This document shows positions 29,033 through 38,472 of a stretch of 64,000 nt of DNA, in pieces. This DNA comes from Clostridia bacterium (GTDB lineage Bacteria > Bacillota > Clostridia > Oscillospirales > CAG-272), in contig JAFSRI010000053.1 in the NCBI GenBank assembly GCA_017446155.1, forward strand, positions 170,830 through 234,829. The letters run 5' to 3'. The position numbers and the translations under genes were made by a program. Under the pieces are notes generated by a model. It was not told the DNA's origin, did not search any database, and was given only the letters and a program-made list of their open reading frames with translations. Positions within the stretch are counted from its first letter, which is position 1. Each line of letters opens with the position of its first letter.

Positions 29033-29503
29033 ATGGGAAGAATTACAAAGGCGGAGATCGTCAATATGATAATGATAGAAAACAGGAGCACCGGCAAAGT
29101 TCTCGTGCTTGACAGGCGCGGCTCGTGGCCGGGGTTGACTTTTCCCGGCGGTCATGTCGAGAAAGGTGAGGCGTTTGTCGATGCCGCCGTTCGCGAGGCA
29201 AAAGAGGAGACCGGACTTGACGTAAGCAAGTTGCGCTGTTGCGGAGTAGTTCATTGGTCGAACAAGAAAACGGGCGATTGCTACATTGAGTTCCTTTATA
29301 AGACGAGTTGTTTTTACGGAAAACTAATAGATGAAACGGTCGAGGGCAGCATTTGCTGGATGACGCCGGAAGAGTTGAAAAACTCAAACAAGCTCTCACC
29401 GAATTTTGAGATGTACTTTCCGATGTTCTTTGACAACAAATACAGCGAACTGTATTTCGACTGGGACGGTGAGGGGTGGAACTCAAAACCGGAGTATAAG
29501 TGA
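29033..29503 (+). CDS. NUDIX hydrolase
   Basis: Nudix box GGHVEKGEAFVDAAVREAKEETG. Confidence 0.85.
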   Translation: MGRITKAEIVNMIMIENRSTGKVLVLDRRGSWPGLTFPGGHVEKGEAFVDAAVREAKEETGLDVSKLRCCGVVHWSNKKTGDCYIEFLYKTSCFYGKLIDETVEGSICWMTPEELKNSNKLSPNFEMYFPMFFDNKYSELYFDWDGEGWNSKPEYK

Positions 29504-29504
29504 A

Positions 29505-29545
29505 AAAAATAAAAAGCGCGGCTGAATTGTGGGCTGCGCTTTTTG
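29505..29545. terminator. Bidirectional terminator between convergent genes
   Basis: gcgcggc / gctgcgc hairpin (one G-U pair) flanked by an A-run and a T-run. Confidence 0.7.
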
Positions 29546-29554
29546 CGTAAGGAT

Positions 29555-31135
29555 TTATTTTTTATCCGAATAGACTATTTCAACGCTTTGCGGTATGCCG
29601 CGAGAAATTTTATACCACATGGCGTGGTATGGGTCGTCATACGGCATGGTGTATTTATATACGTCATTTGAAAGATAGTATTGTTCAAGCGGCAGAGTGA
29701 AATTGGAATTATCCAGATATTGAGCGACTTTTTCGTCATTATACTTGTGTATAACATAGTTTTCGCGGTAGCCGTGAACTGTGGTAAACTGCCGCGAGAA
29801 AACTAAAATTGCGCAAATGAAAATTGCGGTTACTATCACGGCTTCGTGTTTCTTTGATGCGACAAAGAAAGCAACGGCAAGGAATGATATGACCGCCATG
29901 ACGGTTACGGCAAGCGGTGGGCGGAAGAGAAGAAACGCAACAAACGCAAGTGTTACAAGCGCGACGGAACGCTTTGGGAAAAGGAGCATTTTTGCCGTCG
30001 GAACGATCATCATTACAGCGGAAATCAGTGTGGTGCGCGGACCGAATTCCGGTGAAACAAGCATTGCACCCTGTAAAACGACAGGCATGATTGTAAAGAA
30101 CGGAATTGTTAAATCGTGTTCTCTGCAAGCGTCGCCGATAGATGAAATAAAGTTTATCAATATCGAAATTGCCGTACAGGGAAATGAAATATAAAGCAGG
30201 ATATTTGTGCCGAGATAATTTTTCAGAATCAAAGCAATGGCGCCCGCAAGTGAGAAAAAGAAACAGATCTTATTCAAGTGATTTTTTCCGTGCGCAAGGT
30301 TGAACAATGCTGACGCGGAAAGATATATTGCGATTACGGAAGAGAAACCGTAATCAGAAAAGACGAGCGAAATTATACGAGGCAGGTTGTATGCTATTCT
30401 TTTCAAAAACGGCATTGAGTAAAAATCGGGGTAGTAGGTTTTCCTGATCGCATTCCCCGGTGCGGCGAACAAAAGAATAAAGCCTACAACTGCAAGCAAT
30501 AAGCACAAAACATAAGACGGCGCAAGTCTTTTTTTATTTAATACAGACGTATAAATAAACAAAATCACAGTGATAAGTGATGCAAACGCGGCTTGCTCTG
30601 TTGAAGAACAAGCGAAAAAAGCAATGATCAAGACGAGAGGCGAAAGCCTATCGGAGCTAACATTTTTTCTGAGCTTATAAAAGAGAAGCAACGTAAGAAA
30701 AACGGGAAAAAGGTAGTTCATCGACCCTGTTGCCCAATAAACGGATTGACGCAAATTGAGAATGCTTATCGCGGTGAACGCAACACAAGACACCGCCAGC
30801 GCAACGTCGAACTGCTTTTTATCGTTTCCTGCCACGAGCTTTGCCGAAAACCAAACCGTAAGTGAGATCACGGCAAGATTAATTATTTTCCACAGGAAAA
30901 CAGTTCCGTTTGCAAGCAGAATTTCGTCGAGAATATGAACCAACGCTCGTCCGTTTGTTTGCATATAATGAAGAACGTTTTCGTCAATAAAATGCCTTAT
31001 GCCATTGCTTAAAAACGTTGTGTAATAGTAATCATCGCCGAACTGAACGATGTAAATAAGCGTCCATGCCTGCATTAAAACGAACAAGATAAAAATAAAA
31101 TATGGCAGTTTATTCCGTGTTTTTACTAAATCCAT
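29555..31135 (-). CDS. Polytopic membrane protein, DUF6056-like / GT-C-glycosyltransferase-like
   Basis: 526 aa with more than 12 hydrophobic segments. DDYYY lies in the first loop (aa 34-38) and NGRALVH at aa 61-67. It is a paralog of the adjacent gene. Confidence 0.5.
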   Translation of the reverse strand: MDLVKTRNKLPYFIFILFVLMQAWTLIYIVQFGDDYYYTTFLSNGIRHFIDENVLHYMQTNGRALVHILDEILLANGTVFLWKIINLAVISLTVWFSAKLVAGNDKKQFDVALAVSCVAFTAISILNLRQSVYWATGSMNYLFPVFLTLLLFYKLRKNVSSDRLSPLVLIIAFFACSSTEQAAFASLITVILFIYTSVLNKKRLAPSYVLCLLLAVVGFILLFAAPGNAIRKTYYPDFYSMPFLKRIAYNLPRIISLVFSDYGFSSVIAIYLSASALFNLAHGKNHLNKICFFFSLAGAIALILKNYLGTNILLYISFPCTAISILINFISSIGDACREHDLTIPFFTIMPVVLQGAMLVSPEFGPRTTLISAVMMIVPTAKMLLFPKRSVALVTLAFVAFLLFRPPLAVTVMAVISFLAVAFFVASKKHEAVIVTAIFICAILVFSRQFTTVHGYRENYVIHKYNDEKVAQYLDNSNFTLPLEQYYLSNDVYKYTMPYDDPYHAMWYKISRGIPQSVEIVYSDKK

Positions 31136-31212
31136 CGGTATCCCCCGAGATTATTTTATACAAATATATAATTGCCGCAAAAAACATGGTTTTTGCGGCA
31201 ATTTTAGTTTTT

Positions 31213-32556
31213 TTAAGGAATCCCGATTATCGTGTCCACTTTGTAATACGCCGCCATGCCCGCGTTCGGCCATGAGGCGTGATCTTGAGTGTCGAGATAT
31301 TTCAAATCATACAGGGCGCTGTATTTCGTTTTCGGATAAATCATGGGAAGCTCAACATCGAGCACACCTGCGTCTTTGCAGTCGGCTATCGTCTGTATAT
31401 TTGTTTTTTGCAAAAGATGAGTTTGATAAACGTCGTTTATGCCCGTGATCAAAAAATATGTACAGCAGACAAAAAGGCATGCGGCGGCCGCATTTATTGC
31501 AAGCCGAGGAGAGTGTTCCTTCTTTAAAATCTCGCCAAGCAAAACCGAGCAGGCGGCGACAATAAGAATAATCACCGAAAAAGCGGCGCGATCGGGATAA
31601 TATTGCGCAAGCGACATTATGAAATTTGCGACAAGCGCTCCGATTGTCAAAATCGATGCGAGAATAAGGATTTCTTTTTTTGTCTTAATGTGTACGGCAA
31701 TCACAAACAAAACTGTAAGGATCAGTATCGGTATCCATAATTTTTTAAGTTGTTCAAGCGCCGTTATGAAGTTTGCTCTCAGCATTCCCGGCGTCATTTC
31801 CGCCAGCTTGTTTTTTCTTTCGGCAGGTGCGAGCGCCATGAAGAGAAATCCGCCGAGGGATGCCGCGTATGCTATGTAATGTACGACTGCCGGTCGCGTT
31901 TTTCTTGAAGCTGCACCTGCAATAAGCAGTATCGCCGCCATTGAAATAAATGCCGCAGAGGCGTTTTCCATATATCCGCCGGCTATAAAGCCGCAAATGG
32001 CGAAAAGTATGCCACCGCCTATACTTTTAATCTTTTCACCATATAGAAAGTATTTGATGAACGGTAAAAGAAACAGAAAACCGAACACCACGCCCCACAG
32101 ATAATTTATCGCACCGTCAACCCAAAGCACCGTCTGCCCGAAAGCAGGGGTAAATATCCAAACGAGTGAGAATATAACGGGAAAAATCAAAGTGTGCGGC
32201 TTACATTTCGGCGATGACAGCCGGCAGAGTATAATAAGCAAAGCCGTAAACATCGCGGGATTGATTATTTTAAAAACAGGCAAGGGAAGAAAGAGAAACA
32301 GATGCACGAAAAAGTGAGCTATGGTGCGGCCGTTCATCTTTTGCATATGCGCGCTGAGAGAGGGGAAAATGCGCCAAAAAGAATCAATACGTTCGCCATT
32401 TGCCGAGAAGTCGTTAAAATAGCTGAAATCGTCAACACACAGCCCCGTCAACAGGTTGCATATGAGCATAATCGTATATATGCAAATGCACATTACAATA
32501 AATGCCACGCCTAGCCGCTCTCGTGCAAGAGATAAGATTTTTGGTTTGTTTTTCAT
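31213..32556 (-). CDS. Polytopic membrane protein, DUF6056-like / GT-C-glycosyltransferase-like (paralog)
   Basis: 447 aa. DDFSYF lies in the first loop and NGRTIAH follows, mirroring the motifs of the 29555-31135 product. Confidence 0.5.
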   Translation of the reverse strand: MKNKPKILSLARERLGVAFIVMCICIYTIMLICNLLTGLCVDDFSYFNDFSANGERIDSFWRIFPSLSAHMQKMNGRTIAHFFVHLFLFLPLPVFKIINPAMFTALLIILCRLSSPKCKPHTLIFPVIFSLVWIFTPAFGQTVLWVDGAINYLWGVVFGFLFLLPFIKYFLYGEKIKSIGGGILFAICGFIAGGYMENASAAFISMAAILLIAGAASRKTRPAVVHYIAYAASLGGFLFMALAPAERKNKLAEMTPGMLRANFITALEQLKKLWIPILILTVLFVIAVHIKTKKEILILASILTIGALVANFIMSLAQYYPDRAAFSVIILIVAACSVLLGEILKKEHSPRLAINAAAACLFVCCTYFLITGINDVYQTHLLQKTNIQTIADCKDAGVLDVELPMIYPKTKYSALYDLKYLDTQDHASWPNAGMAAYYKVDTIIGIP

Positions 32557-32651
32557 TTTGTGTCTTGTGATTTAAAAATATCTTCTTTTGAAAATTGAAA
32601 TTTATACTATTGTATAAAAGTCAAAAAAGCAGTTGACTTCAACAAAAACGT

Positions 32652-33776
32652 TTATTTGCGTTTTTTGCTTTCTTCAATTCGACGATTCAGCTGTTCAAGA
32701 TAAGCGTCGTCGTCGATGGGCAGTGTTACGGTCTTGTCGAGCCATGTTGAAAGCAACATCGAGTCCATAAGTTCCACCTCGTTTATACCCTCTCTGCCGT
32801 CGATGAACAGTGGCTCTAAACCAAGTATTGCATTGGCAAAGTTGTTGAGCACTCCCGCGTGTTGTTCGTTTTTACCGTCAAGCTCGATGTTTGCAACATA
32901 CGATTTCGGCTCGCCGTGCGGCAGGGTGTGCGTCGCGTTGAATTCGCGCTCGCTCATCTCGAGCAACGTTGCTGTAAGCGTGTTGTTTTCAACTACGAGT
33001 TTGCCCTTGTCGCCGAGGATTTCAAATCTGTTTGTTCCGGGGCAGTCGGCAGTTGACGTTACGAAGACACCGGTCGCGCCGTTTGGAAATTCCATATAAA
33101 CCGTGACGTCGTCCTCGACTTCGATGTCGTGCCATTTTCCGAAATGGCAGAACGAACGCACGCTGCTGGGAAGTGTGCCGAGTATCCATTGGAGAAGGTC
33201 AAGCTGGTGCGGGCATTGATTAAACAGCACCCCGCCGCCTTCGTCTTTCCATGTCGCGCGCCATGTGCCCGAATCGTAGTAGCTCTGCGGGCGATACCAA
33301 TTTGTTATTATCCAGTTTACGCGTTTGACCTCACCTATTGTGCCGTCGTGCACCATTTCACGCATTTTGCGGTAAACGCAGTTTGTGCGTTGGTTGAACA
33401 TGATGGAAAACAGCACGTTTGCGCGCTCGGCTTCGTCGTTCATTTCCTTTACCTGTTTTGTGTAAACTCCCGCGGGTTTTTCGGTTATGGCGTGAATTCC
33501 GGCGTGAAACGCGTCAATCGTCATTTTCGGGTGAGAATAGTGCGGAACGGCGACGATAACGGCGTCTATTAAACCGCTTTTATACATTTGTGTATAATCG
33601 CTGAACAACGCAACTTTCTCGCTGCCGTCGAGTTTTTTGAACGTTTCGAGCTTTTCGGAGTCTATGTCGCAAACAGCTGTCAGAACACCGTTTTCTATCT
33701 TGCCGGACAGCAGATTCTTTGCGTGAAGCGAGCCGATGTTGCCAAAGCCTATAATACCGAATTTTACTTTTTCCAT
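32652..33776 (-). CDS. Gfo/Idh/MocA family NAD(P)-dependent oxidoreductase
   Basis: Rossmann start KFGIIGFGNIGSLHA and the EKP motif (ITEKPAGV). It overlaps the upstream gene by 13 nt. Confidence 0.85.
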   Translation of the reverse strand: MEKVKFGIIGFGNIGSLHAKNLLSGKIENGVLTAVCDIDSEKLETFKKLDGSEKVALFSDYTQMYKSGLIDAVIVAVPHYSHPKMTIDAFHAGIHAITEKPAGVYTKQVKEMNDEAERANVLFSIMFNQRTNCVYRKMREMVHDGTIGEVKRVNWIITNWYRPQSYYDSGTWRATWKDEGGGVLFNQCPHQLDLLQWILGTLPSSVRSFCHFGKWHDIEVEDDVTVYMEFPNGATGVFVTSTADCPGTNRFEILGDKGKLVVENNTLTATLLEMSEREFNATHTLPHGEPKSYVANIELDGKNEQHAGVLNNFANAILGLEPLFIDGREGINEVELMDSMLLSTWLDKTVTLPIDDDAYLEQLNRRIEESKKRK

Positions 33777-34639
33777 ATGTTGTTCTCCTCTTTATATCCG
33801 AGTTTTGTAAGCAGATTTTTGAGTGCCGTCGCAGCGAAGTCAAACGCTTCGTCGCCTGAGGCGAAATCTTTTGCCGAGTGAAATTGATGGCTGTCGATCT
33901 GGGCAAATGCGCGGAAGAAATGCAAGTGAGGTTCAAGCGTCAGTATCACCGTGCCTTCGGTGAGCTTATCGACAGCTTGAAGTATTTCGTCATATTTGCC
34001 GTCGCCCTCTCCCACGGGAACGTTTACCTTAGCCGATGCGACCATGTCTTTGATGTGAATATATTTCAGCCGCGCCGCCGTCGCCGAAAAACCGTCTGTT
34101 ACCGAGCAGTTTTCCATTATGAAATTTGCTGCGTCGAATACGCCGTAAAGCGTCGGGTTTGACGCCAGCAGGTCGCTGACGCGTTCAGGCGTTTCACCAT
34201 AGATGTTCGATTCGTTTTCATGGCAAAGCGTAACACCGTGTTTGGCGGCTTCATCGAGCATAACGTTCATTCGCCGCATTACCTCCGGGCGATATTTGTC
34301 GAGTTCGTCTTTTCTTACAAAAAAACTGAACACTCGCATTTTGTCGGTGCCGAGTATTTCGCACGCGCGAAGAGCACGAAAAAAACTGTTTAAATGAGGC
34401 TCAAAATCATCTTCAATTTTATATTTTCCGATCGGCGATCCGAGTGACGAGATGCCGACGCCTGCTTCGTCAAGTTTACGGCGAATTTCTTTGAGTTCAT
34501 CGTCGGTTTTATCAATTATTCCGCCGCCGATGTTGCGCGGTTCAAGAAGCGGTATCCCGTTCCTTTTAAGCGCCGCTATTTGTCCGTCAAGCGTGTTTGA
34601 TGCCTCGTCCGCAAATGCGGAAAGAATAAAATTTGCCAT
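33764..34639 (-). CDS. Xylose-isomerase-like TIM-barrel protein (sugar phosphate isomerase/epimerase family)
   Basis: 291 aa with family-typical segments (LCHENE, HIKD, LEPH). Its start overlaps the stop of the upstream gene (TAATG). Confidence 0.75.
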   Translation of the reverse strand: MANFILSAFADEASNTLDGQIAALKRNGIPLLEPRNIGGGIIDKTDDELKEIRRKLDEAGVGISSLGSPIGKYKIEDDFEPHLNSFFRALRACEILGTDKMRVFSFFVRKDELDKYRPEVMRRMNVMLDEAAKHGVTLCHENESNIYGETPERVSDLLASNPTLYGVFDAANFIMENCSVTDGFSATAARLKYIHIKDMVASAKVNVPVGEGDGKYDEILQAVDKLTEGTVILTLEPHLHFFRAFAQIDSHQFHSAKDFASGDEAFDFAATALKNLLTKLGYKEENNIWKK

Positions 34640-35394
34640 TATTTTATCATCCCTCTTAAATTATTAAAACTTATCGTCATTTGCTCGAACATGTCGGGAT
34701 ATTCCACGGCGTTGTCCTGCTCGACGAGCGCATTTTTCACATTAAGTTCGATGCATGCGTCGGTTATCGCTTGAAAGTTCATTGTGCCGAGACCGCAAGC
34801 GCAGATGCTTCTGTCTTTTGCCATATCTTTATAATGGACGTTGTTGAGCCTTTCCGAACCAACTTTCTTCATATATTCAACGGCTGAATATCCCGCATAT
34901 TCCACCCAATAGGTGTCTACGATGAACGTCCAATCGGGGCAGTTTTCAAGCATCATATCGAACATTATTTTGTCACTGTCGGGCAGGGGAGAAAATTCAA
35001 AATGGTGGTTATGATATGCAAAATCGAGTCCGGCGGATTTTATCTTTTTTACCGGCTCTTCGATGAGCTTTAAAAATGTATCGAGGTTAGCTTTCGAGCC
35101 TTGATACTGACGGGGCAAATAGCCTAAACCTATCACCGGGCAATTATATACTTTATGTTCTTCGATGAGCGCGTCGGTATCGCCGAGTATCCTGTCTATC
35201 GGGCTGTGTGTGCAGACGATCGGCAGGTTGGTTTTAATTGAAATATCGCGCAAGTGTTGAGCCTCTATTTTTCCGAGCCCGGATACCTGTACACCCTCAT
35301 AGCCTATTTTATGTATTTTTTCAAACGTTTTTTCAATGCCTTCCGGCGTTTGGGCGGCATCTCTTACCGAGTATAGCTGTGCACATAGCAACAT
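34639..35394 (-). CDS. Xylose-isomerase-like TIM-barrel protein (sugar phosphate isomerase/epimerase family)
   Basis: 251 aa (LYSVRD, YHNHHFEF, HYKD). The start at 35394 follows GGAGGG; the track's longer start has no RBS. Confidence 0.75.
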   Translation of the reverse strand: MLLCAQLYSVRDAAQTPEGIEKTFEKIHKIGYEGVQVSGLGKIEAQHLRDISIKTNLPIVCTHSPIDRILGDTDALIEEHKVYNCPVIGLGYLPRQYQGSKANLDTFLKLIEEPVKKIKSAGLDFAYHNHHFEFSPLPDSDKIMFDMMLENCPDWTFIVDTYWVEYAGYSAVEYMKKVGSERLNNVHYKDMAKDRSICACGLGTMNFQAITDACIELNVKNALVEQDNAVEYPDMFEQMTISFNNLRGMIK

Positions 35395-35456
35395 TTTATT
35401 TCCCTCCGTTCGGGTTTCATCTTGATTGACAAAACCATATTCGTTTTTACGGTTCA

Positions 35457-35485
35457 ATTATAACTTATCGGCATTTTTTTGTCAA
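35457..35485 (-). promoter_or_regulatory. Consensus sigma-A promoter for the TIM/TIM/oxidoreductase operon
   Basis: Minus strand reads TTGACA (35485-35480), 17 nt spacer, TATAAT (35462-35457). Confidence 0.75.
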
Positions 35486-35624
35486 CATAAAGGCGGAGTA
35501 TTTACCGCTGAATGTTGATAAAAATACATTGCTTACCGTTATTGAATAAAGGAAAATTTATAAGAGAGTTGATTTTAACCATGGTTATGTGGAAATACGG
35601 AGCTGATGAAAGATTCGGTTTCGC

Positions 35625-35743
35625 GCGCCCCGCGGCAGCGCGCGTTCGCGCGCGCCGCGCCGCATGGCGAGAGAAGACGTCAACACAAAACAATCAAACA
35701 TGCGGCGCGGGTCAACGCCCGAAGGGCGTTTGCCGCGGGGCGC
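35625..35743. other. GC-rich four-helix-junction palindromic element, copy E1
   Basis: All pairs are Watson-Crick. P1 pairs 35625-35637 with 35731-35743 (13 bp). Hairpin a is 35638-35653 (6 bp, GUUC loop). Stem b pairs 35655-35666 with 35699-35710 (12 bp) and encloses a 32-nt A-rich loop. Hairpin c is 35714-35730 (7 bp, GAA loop) and abuts the P1 3' strand. Confidence 0.55.
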
Positions 35744-36016
35744 TCACAAAAAAACAACATTAAATGTTCTGTAATATGTTGATTTATCATTAAAAATATG
35801 ATACTATTATAACGGAAAATATGAGCATAAAAACAGTGACTTTGAGAAATAAAAAAACGAGCCGATTTTTTGTTTATTAAAACGTGATTGCACGAAAGCA
35901 GATTTTTTCTATATCTGCGCTGATAAGTTCGCTCTCATGTATTTTTTCAAATTGCACAACAATGAAAATTTATGCCGGTATATATCAAAAATATAAAAAT
36001 AATCGGAGGAAACCCA

Positions 36017-38410
36017 ATGAAACTCGATTCACATTTAATTGCAAAAACGAGCCCGCACGCAAAAAAAGAAAATACGGTCGTGTGGAATAACAGCCGTGTT
36101 ACGGTTCTTGATGAGCGCTTGTTCAGAATAGAGGCAGGCAACGGCGGCAAATTCTGCGACGATGCAACGGCTTCCGTCTGGTTTCGCGATTTGCCGAAAG
36201 TTGAGTTTTCGGCAGATGAAAAAGACGGATCACTTCATATAAAAACTTCGCTTGCGGAACTTGTTTTTACGGGTGATTTGGCAAGCAGTTACGTTGTTTT
36301 AAACAACGAAAACGTTTCGCTTGACAATTCCGAAAATCTCGGAGGAACGATCTCTACCCTTGATGGCTGCAACGGGAATGAGCATTGGAAATATCACAGA
36401 GAGCTCAAAGGTGTTGTTCACAGCAATATAGTGCTTGGTGCCGGTGTTGTGTCGAGAAACGGCGTAGCCGTGCTCGACGATTCAAAAAGCGCGATACTTA
36501 TGAAAAACGGCATGGCTCATAAAAGAAAGAACGACGGATATGACGTTTATGTTTTCGCATTCGGACATGATTATCGCGGAGCTGTGAAAGCATATTACAT
36601 GATAACCGGAAAAACTCCGATGATACCGAGGTTTGCTCTCGGTAACTGGTGGAGCAGATATCACGCTTATACGGACAAAGAATATCTCAACGTGCTTTAT
36701 CGAATGGAAGAACGCGACGTGCCGATAACAGTTGCGACCGTGGATATGGATTGGCATTGGAATACGTATAACCTTGATAAAGCCAAACATATAACAGAGC
36801 AGGGCAAGGACGATGAATATCACGGCGGAACATCCGGCTGGACAGGGTACAGCTGGAACACGGACCTTTTCCCGGATTACAAGGCGTTTTTGAAAAAGCT
36901 TCACGAACACGTAAGCGCGGTAACGCTCAATCTTCATCCGGCGACGGGAGTCAGATGGTTCGAGGATATGTATGCCGAAATGGCTGAGGCGATGGGGATA
37001 GATCCCAAAACCGAGGCAAGAGTAGAGATGAACTTCCTTGATCCTCGCTTTATCAACGCATATTTCAAAATACTTCATAAACCTTATGAAAAAGATGGCG
37101 TTGATTTTTGGTGGATAGATTGGCAGCAGGGACCGCGATACGTCGACGAGGGCGTTGACGTTTTGTGGGCGCTCAACCATTATCACACGCTTGACAATGC
37201 CAAAGGACACAAAACCCCGATAATCCTTTCCCGATACTGCGGAACAGGCGCACACAGGTATCCGCTCGGTTTCTCGGGCGACACGCATATGACGTGGGAA
37301 ACGCTCAGATACTTGCCGTATTTTACTTCGACAGCGTCAAATATCGGCTATTCGTGGTGGAGCCATGACATCGGCGGACATTTTGACGGTGAGAAGAGCA
37401 ACGAGCTTTATTTGCGCTCGGTTCAGTTCGGCGTTTTCAGCCCGATAAACCGTCTGCACTCTACCGACTGTGACCATTGCACAAAAGAATCGTTTGCGTA
37501 TACGAACGGTACCGGACTTATCGCCGACGAGTTCATGCGGCTTAGATACGCTATGATCCCGTTCCTTTATTCCGCCGGATATGAAACAACAAATAACGGC
37601 CGCGCGTTGATAGAGCCGATGTATTACGAATATCCCGAAAACGAAGAGGCGTATGAGGTAAGCGGTCAATATCTTTTCGGCGGGCAGTTAATCGTATGTC
37701 CGATAACCGAAAAGAGCGATGCAAAAGGAATGAATATCGTCAGGGTATGGTTGCCCGAAGGTGAATGGACGGATATTTTTACGGGCGACAAATATCGCGG
37801 CGGAAGATACGTAAATATGGTGCGCACGCTGGATTCGATCCCCGTGCTCGCAAAAGGCGGCGCGATATTGCCGCTTGACGCGAGAAAACATACGAACCGC
37901 ACCGACGTTACAAACGAGCTCAAAGTGCTTGCTTTCAACGGAAACGGAGAATACGTTCTTCACGAAAGCGAGAAGAGCGACGCCGACACGGTGTTCGTTT
38001 CGGAACTGAAAGACGGTGTTCAGACTCTTACGGTAAAAACGGCGGAAAAGAGTGTAAAACGCCGTATGAAAGTTGAATTCCGTAATATAAAAGACGGAAA
38101 AGCGACCGTCGTCTGCGACGGACAACCCGTTAAAAACGAAGCGATAAGCGACGAGTTTATTTCCGTAACATTTGACGTTGAAAAAGGAAAGACGTATTCG
38201 ATAAACGTTGAATTTACCGAAGACAAACGTCAGGCGCGCAACGACAGATTCCTGTACGCGCTTACGCGCATCGAGAGCAGTATCAAACATAAAAACAAAC
38301 TTTGGGGATACAGAACTCTTGACGACGCGGAATTCAGAACGTTTATAGAAAACGATTTTGCGATTACGGCAAACGAGCGTGTCCGTTTGCTTGAATGTCT
38401 TGAAGGATGA
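36017..38410 (+). CDS. Glycoside hydrolase family 31 protein (alpha-xylosidase/alpha-glucosidase-like)
   Basis: 797 aa with a GH31-like catalytic region (GVDFWWIDWQQG, HRYPLGFSGD, WWSHDIGG). There is no signal peptide. The start at 36017 follows GGAGGA. Candidate promoter TTGATT-17-TACTAT at 35779-35807. Confidence 0.8.
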   Translation: MKLDSHLIAKTSPHAKKENTVVWNNSRVTVLDERLFRIEAGNGGKFCDDATASVWFRDLPKVEFSADEKDGSLHIKTSLAELVFTGDLASSYVVLNNENVSLDNSENLGGTISTLDGCNGNEHWKYHRELKGVVHSNIVLGAGVVSRNGVAVLDDSKSAILMKNGMAHKRKNDGYDVYVFAFGHDYRGAVKAYYMITGKTPMIPRFALGNWWSRYHAYTDKEYLNVLYRMEERDVPITVATVDMDWHWNTYNLDKAKHITEQGKDDEYHGGTSGWTGYSWNTDLFPDYKAFLKKLHEHVSAVTLNLHPATGVRWFEDMYAEMAEAMGIDPKTEARVEMNFLDPRFINAYFKILHKPYEKDGVDFWWIDWQQGPRYVDEGVDVLWALNHYHTLDNAKGHKTPIILSRYCGTGAHRYPLGFSGDTHMTWETLRYLPYFTSTASNIGYSWWSHDIGGHFDGEKSNELYLRSVQFGVFSPINRLHSTDCDHCTKESFAYTNGTGLIADEFMRLRYAMIPFLYSAGYETTNNGRALIEPMYYEYPENEEAYEVSGQYLFGGQLIVCPITEKSDAKGMNIVRVWLPEGEWTDIFTGDKYRGGRYVNMVRTLDSIPVLAKGGAILPLDARKHTNRTDVTNELKVLAFNGNGEYVLHESEKSDADTVFVSELKDGVQTLTVKTAEKSVKRRMKVEFRNIKDGKATVVCDGQPVKNEAISDEFISVTFDVEKGKTYSINVEFTEDKRQARNDRFLYALTRIESSIKHKNKLWGYRTLDDAEFRTFIENDFAITANERVRLLECLEG

Positions 38411-38472
38411 CCGTTTTAACGGAAATATAAATTTACATAATAAACTTAAAACGGCAGCGGGAATCGAGCGCC

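Noticed and set aside
35502-35763. Arg/Ala-rich ORFs on both strands across the GC-rich island (35512-35763 plus strand, 35502-35693 minus strand).
   Set aside because: Their composition is a by-product of the GC-only helices of element E1. They have no RBS and no recognisable domain. The region is better explained as a palindromic structure.
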